This document shows positions 59,420-64,000 of a stretch of DNA of 64,000 nt, in pieces (positions within the stretch are counted from its first letter, which is position 1; each line of letters starts with the position of its first letter). The stretch comes from Neophaeotheca triangularis (Eukaryota). Made by a program: the position numbers and the translations under genes. Location of the stretch: positions 372,001 to 436,000 of the forward strand of contig BAAIJX010000007.1 of NCBI GenBank assembly GCA_054600435.1, given 5' to 3'. The notes beneath the pieces are model-generated. The model was not told where the DNA came from and did not search any database. It saw only the letters and a list, made by a program, of their open reading frames with translations.

Positions 59420-60324
59420 GAGTGATGATCAGCGCGGGGGGGAGGTGGAAGGGAAAAGAGATGTTGAAAGATGAGATGAGATGAATGGGATGAAGGGGAG
59501 AGTGAAGGTGTTGGAGTGTCAGTGGTAGATGGTAGTATAGCCTCCCCCACGCAGGGAAGAATCAGTGTAAGAAGACAAGAGTCAAGACGGAGGGAGGTCC
59601 TGGCGCCGCGTAGCTTTTCAAACCATAAGTTATTGTATCTCTGTATGTAACTCTGCCTCCTCCTACAAGTAGTAGTACTGTAAGTAGTACTGTATGTTGT
59701 TACTGATTAGTAGTGAGCTGTCATGGTAGATGGCTTGACCCGAGAGCGTGGGTGTTGGGGCGATTCCCATTGAAATCTTTCATTAATGATTCGTTAACGA
59801 TTCGTTCGTTTGCTTGTCGAGCAGTTCGGAGAAGCTGGCATATGTAACCAACTGGCCTTGCTGTAAGGCTAAGCGGGACTGGGCGGGCTCGTCCGAAAGT
59901 ATCCCAAACTGCCTGTGAAACCTTAACAAACACCACCGCCGCTTCACCACCCCTTCATCCTTCTAGTACTAACTACTAACTACCAACTACCTTGCCCTCC
60001 CCTCCCTCCCCCCCCCCTACCTACCTAGGTACTATTCATTCTTCCGCCCTATCTTATCGTTTCCGTTTCCGCTCCGTCGCCTGGGCGAAAGTGTCGGTCG
60101 GGTGTTGTGACTACCCAACTACATAACGTTATTGCTACAGCATCCAATTTCACATATCCATCCTCCATCTGCACCAATCCCTGCAGACCAAAGGCACCGA
60201 CCGAAGTTCCTCGCCATGAAGGTTTGAGACATCATCTACTGCGCTCTTTATCCGTTCATCTGGGAGGTGCTCTCTGCTTGTCGTCGTAATGTTGGCCGAA
60301 CTTCTCTCCAATACACGCTCCATA

Positions 60325-61842
60325 ATGTCAGGCGGCCGCCAAAAGGGGTACGCAAAAGTCGAGGATGGTCGTGTTGGACCGCCAACCTCTATCCCGGCAA
60401 GGTGGCGACTGATGGGTGGTTTGGCCGTGGCCACTTTTCTGCTTTGGTTCCTATCTGCTATCGGGGTAAGAGCACCTATCTAACCCTCACGCGAATACGT
60501 CTGGACTAACGCCAAAAAGATACCATACCCTCATACTACGGTCAAAACTAAACATGAAATCAGCGGCTCGACATATATGCACACCTTACTGGCCGCGCCG
60601 GATACCACCGAGTCCATGTGCAAGACCATGCTCAGCGCAGAGGTGCTCAAATATGCCTGCGTAAACCTGCCAAACACCAAAGCTGGAGGAGATAACCCCA
60701 CCCACCTCCTCGGAGGCCACCGCAAGAACAAGCTAATGGGCATTACTGATTATCTCAAAAGCGATGTGCGCACTTTTAAGCCTGGTGACATGGCAATGGT
60801 CATCGACGGCCACAACGTCCTATTCCATTTGCCCCCCAAGGCACTCTTTTCTCGCTACCGCGATATCATCGAGTCCAGCAACGACCGCCTACGCTCTAGA
60901 GTCGGCCCAGCCCCCGTAGACAGCGGCGTCGTGGAGAACTCCATCGTTATTTCTTCCCCCGCGTGCTCAGGCCCCGATGGCGGTGCTCAAACAGCCACAG
61001 CACAGGACCCCCTCATCCCGGGTGTCGTCATGGGCCCTATAGAGCAAATGCGCCGCGTCTTCGAAAAGCTCAACAACGACCGAGCCAACAACCAAGAAGG
61101 GAACCTCAAATACACCTGCGTCTTCCACGACCTCCTCACCGCGCAAGAAGCGCACCGCGAAAGCATGAGCTGGTGGCTCTACTCCCTCGGCCCGCGCATA
61201 GCACTCTGGTTCTCGCACACCTTTGGCGGCGAACCAGAGCCCTCGGATCTCCCCGGCAACGACGCCGAATATGGCCTAACCCTCGATACCAACAGCCTCA
61301 TCATCGCCACGCCCGAGTCTCTCGAACGCAAACGCTGCGAAGACCTCGGCGGCCTTCAAACCGCCATCTACGGCTCCTACTCCTCGCGCTGCGCCTTTCT
61401 TAACGACATCCGCCCGCCCTTCTGGACCCAACACGGCACTGTGCCGCAAAACGACACGACCTGGTTCAACAGGGACCTGCCTTACTCGCTCGCGGCAAAG
61501 ACCTTCCCGGTCATGACGCAGAATTCAATGTCCGCGGGCTTGGAGGAAAACACCAAAATCGCAGGCCAGGACCAATGGGAGAACATGTGGTTCCATCCGC
61601 ACGCGCGAGCGCTGCTGGACACGCACGTCTGGGACGCCACGCTGCCTATTGCGAAGGTCGACACGAGGAAGGGCGAGTGGACGTATTGGCCGCGCTGGGC
61701 GGAGAGGGGCGGGGCCCGGAGCGCCGATGGCCAGTGGCAAGTGTGGGATAAGTTTTGCGGGGGCGATTTGGGGGAGAAGCTTTTTAGAGATGGCAAGGGT
61801 AGTTGGCAGGATCCGCGTGGTGGGTGGACCGGTGGGGGTTGA
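60325..61842 (+). CDS. Divergent paralogue of the adjacent glycosyltransferase-like protein; exons 60325-60465 and 60520-61842
   Basis: Signal anchor in exon 1 and phase-0 intron gtaaga...ctaac...aag. Collinear motifs: CKTMLSAEVLKY, GDMAMVIDGHNVLFHL, GVVMGPI, EYGLTLD, WENMWFHPHARAL, GGA...W..FCG. Confidence 0.8.
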
Positions 61843-62031
61843 TTTGTGTTGTCATGTACTACTTTACAGAGGGCGTGTACCTGTTATCAATAGAGTATTA
61901 AATTGAGCACCGGCGACCTTTCCCCACGCGGCACTTTGGGCTATCCATTCTCTCTCTGTACTCACCCCGGGCACCGACTCCCACCCAGGGTGACAAAGAA
62001 ACCAACGCCGCCCAACTCAAACCATGAAAAC

Positions 62032-63090
62032 CTACCTCTCGCTCCCGACAAACCCCCCCATCAACCTCCTAGGCTCCTCGCCACCGCCCTCAAAAGCGTC
62101 AGCAAAAGCCTCGACCCCAGCCTCAATTCCCTCCTCAACCGAGCAATTCTCCCACTTCAGCATAAGCCTCTTCTGCGCAGCAACAGCCCCGGGCCCCATG
62201 CCCGCAATCCTCCGCACCCACTCCGTCACCACCGCATCCAACCCCGCCTCGGCATCCTCAACAACCCTCTCCACCAAGCCCCAACGCTCGGCTTCCACGC
62301 CCCCGACCTTCTCGCCCAGCAACAGCAACCGCCGCGTCCGCCCCATGCCGATCAACCCCGGCAACAGCGCCGCTTCAACCACGCTAGGGATCCCGACCGC
62401 GACCTCGGGCATCCCGAAGACGGACCGCGAAGTCGCGATGCGGAGGTCGCAGGAAGCGGCGATTTCGAGCCCGGCGCCGAGGCAGTAGCCGTCGATGCGC
62501 GCGAGCACGGGGATGGGAAGGTCGCGCAGCGCTTGGCAGGCCGTGTGGATTGTGGTTATGAAGGTGCGGGCGGAGGCGGGGGTGGACAGGGCGTGCATTT
62601 CGTGGATGGAGGCGCCGGCTGTGAAGGAGGGGGATTTGGGGTTTGGAGGGGCTGGGGCGGCGCCGGTGAGGATTGCGGCGCGTAGGGTTGGGTGCTGGGA
62701 GAGGGAGCGGAGGGTAGTAATTAGTTGGTGCAGGAGGGGGGTGGTGAGGATGTTGAGTTTGGTGGGGTTGGAGATTGTTATTGTGGCTGTGGTGCCCCAT
62801 TCGAGCTCTGTGAGGGTATGGGAAACGTGTGGCTCGGGGTTTGTAAGGGGTGTGGTTGCGAGTCGTCTGATGGCTGTGCAGCTTGGGGTGTGCCATTGCA
62901 CGACAGGAGCTGGCATCGGCCTGGGGACTGCATTGATCGCGGCTGAGAGAGGGTGCAGCACGGTCGAGAACGTCCTGCTTGAGAGCCAGCTTCTCCTAGA
63001 TTTCAAGAGAAGCCAGTCCTGCCTCTCCCTTGAGGAGCGAGCTAGTATCCTGGCGGGTGAAGCAATCCTGCTTGGTCGAGACCATGCCAT
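62032..63090 (-). CDS. Enoyl-CoA hydratase/isomerase (crotonase) family protein, possibly mitochondrial; start uncertain
   Basis: ISNPTKLNIL, SFTAGASI, PIPVLARIDGYCLGAGLEIAASCDLRIA, FGMPEVAVGIP; Arg/Ser-rich N-terminus. Confidence 0.9.
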   Translation of the reverse strand: MAWSRPSRIASPARILARSSRERQDWLLLKSRRSWLSSRTFSTVLHPLSAAINAVPRPMPAPVVQWHTPSCTAIRRLATTPLTNPEPHVSHTLTELEWGTTATITISNPTKLNILTTPLLHQLITTLRSLSQHPTLRAAILTGAAPAPPNPKSPSFTAGASIHEMHALSTPASARTFITTIHTACQALRDLPIPVLARIDGYCLGAGLEIAASCDLRIATSRSVFGMPEVAVGIPSVVEAALLPGLIGMGRTRRLLLLGEKVGGVEAERWGLVERVVEDAEAGLDAVVTEWVRRIAGMGPGAVAAQKRLMLKWENCSVEEGIEAGVEAFADAFEGGGEEPRRLMGGFVGSER

Positions 63091-63538
63091 GTTTCTCGCT
63101 ACGAGTACGTTAGGCCTCCTTCAAGCGATATTGGCCATCGAGCTGACCTCGTAGCTTGCAGCTCTTCATACCCGGATGGGCAATAGTAGAGCGAGCTCAG
63201 TGCTCGGCGAGTCTTGAGTATGTCTGGGAGATGGTAGATACCGATGGATCAGCCGTGTTTGTCAGTTTTGTGGGCGTTTCGAAGCATTTGCCCCGCCATT
63301 CGATGGACCAGAAGTGGACGCGGGCCAGCTTGCGACCCCGCATGGCGTCAGCTGCAGGCATTAAATGTAAAGAATAAGGTATGCCGCGAAACGAGCTCAA
63401 ATATTAAAGAGAAGGCTAATACTAGTAGTTCAACACTCTCTCCACATACCCTACTTGCCTATACTCACCTTGTCGAGAACCGATTGCTGTCTACTTAGTG
63501 CCAGAACAGATCGACTTACCCATCACCAGAAGCCCAAA

Positions 63539-64000
63539 ATGTCCCAAACGTCGACCATGAAAGCGCTGCATTACGACGGGCCATTCAAGGTCTCTGTCAA
63601 AGACACTCCACTGCCTAAGCTCGAGCATCCAGACGATGTGATCATCAAAGTCACCACAGCGGCAATCTGTGGCTCGGATTTGTGAGATATTCTTCAGTTT
63701 TCCTATAGGAATCAGGCTAAGAAAATCGCCGCAGGCATATGTACCAAGGGAGAACAGCTGCTGAAGGTGGAACCGGCCTGGTCTTCGGGCACGAGGTAAG
63801 GAAAGCGGTCCATGAGGATGAATTTCTCTGACATTCGCCACAAATTAGAACATGGGGATCGTAGAAGAATTGGGAACTGGAGTCACACTTTTGAAGAAGG
63901 GCGATCGCATAGTCTTGCCTTTCAACGTGGCAGATGGTCGGTGCAGAAACTGCGAAGAGGGCAAGACTGCTTTTTGCACAGGTATGGCTCCTATCCCAAC
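63539..64000 (+). CDS. Zn-dependent medium-chain dehydrogenase (glutathione-independent formaldehyde dehydrogenase-like), 5' part only; exons 63539-63681, 63735-63795, 63849-63981, continuing beyond the window
   Basis: AICGSDLHMYQGRT...VFGHENMGIVEE...GDRIVLPFNVADGRCRNCEEGKTAFCT. Confidence 0.9.

Noticed and set aside
61903..63154. Long antisense or alternative-frame ORFs over real genes (also 30477-31277, 54590-55255, 55991-56989, 34466-35407)
   Set aside because: These are shadows of GC-rich coding sequence and show no domain signatures.

Overview
Eukaryotic, intron-containing DNA from a filamentous ascomycete. Introns are mostly 50-150 nt with GT...CTRAC...YAG signals, and the gene families suggest Dothideomycetes, possibly Capnodiales s.l. 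(inferred, low confidence). I reconstructed 28 protein-coding genes by hand-splicing: an ABCB/MDR transporter, an MtfA-like C2H2 regulator with a 6.2-kb upstream region, ATP7, EGD2, RPL14, complex I B8 subunit, MPC2, a Zn2Cys6 transcription factor, a LigB/DODA-like dioxygenase, acyl-protein thioesterase, a glutamine-synthetase-like enzyme head-to-head with an SDR, an Fmp46-like protein, a 1744-aa repeat/RRM-like protein, RPS30, a CREG-like protein, a BLOC-1 Cnl1-like protein, a hot-dog thioesterase, an amidoligase, a Pin2-like protein, two head-to-head GT-A-like paralogues, an enoyl-CoA hydratase, a partial Zn-dependent dehydrogenase and several hypothetical proteins. No rRNA, tRNA, CRISPR array, transposon or PKS/NRPS core gene was recognised. 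The best candidate for an undescribed system is the divergent GS-like/SDR pair. It resembles two members of the actinobacterial GlnA4 gamma-glutamylation (ethanolamine catabolism) locus, and the SDR's first intron appears to be a non-canonical GC-AG intron. Other notable items are an intact/degenerate glycosyltransferase paralogue pair, an ATG-depleted mtfA leader with one in-frame uORF, and a recurrent C-rich to G-rich skew switch near gene 3' ends. All family assignments come from motif recognition; no database searches were run.
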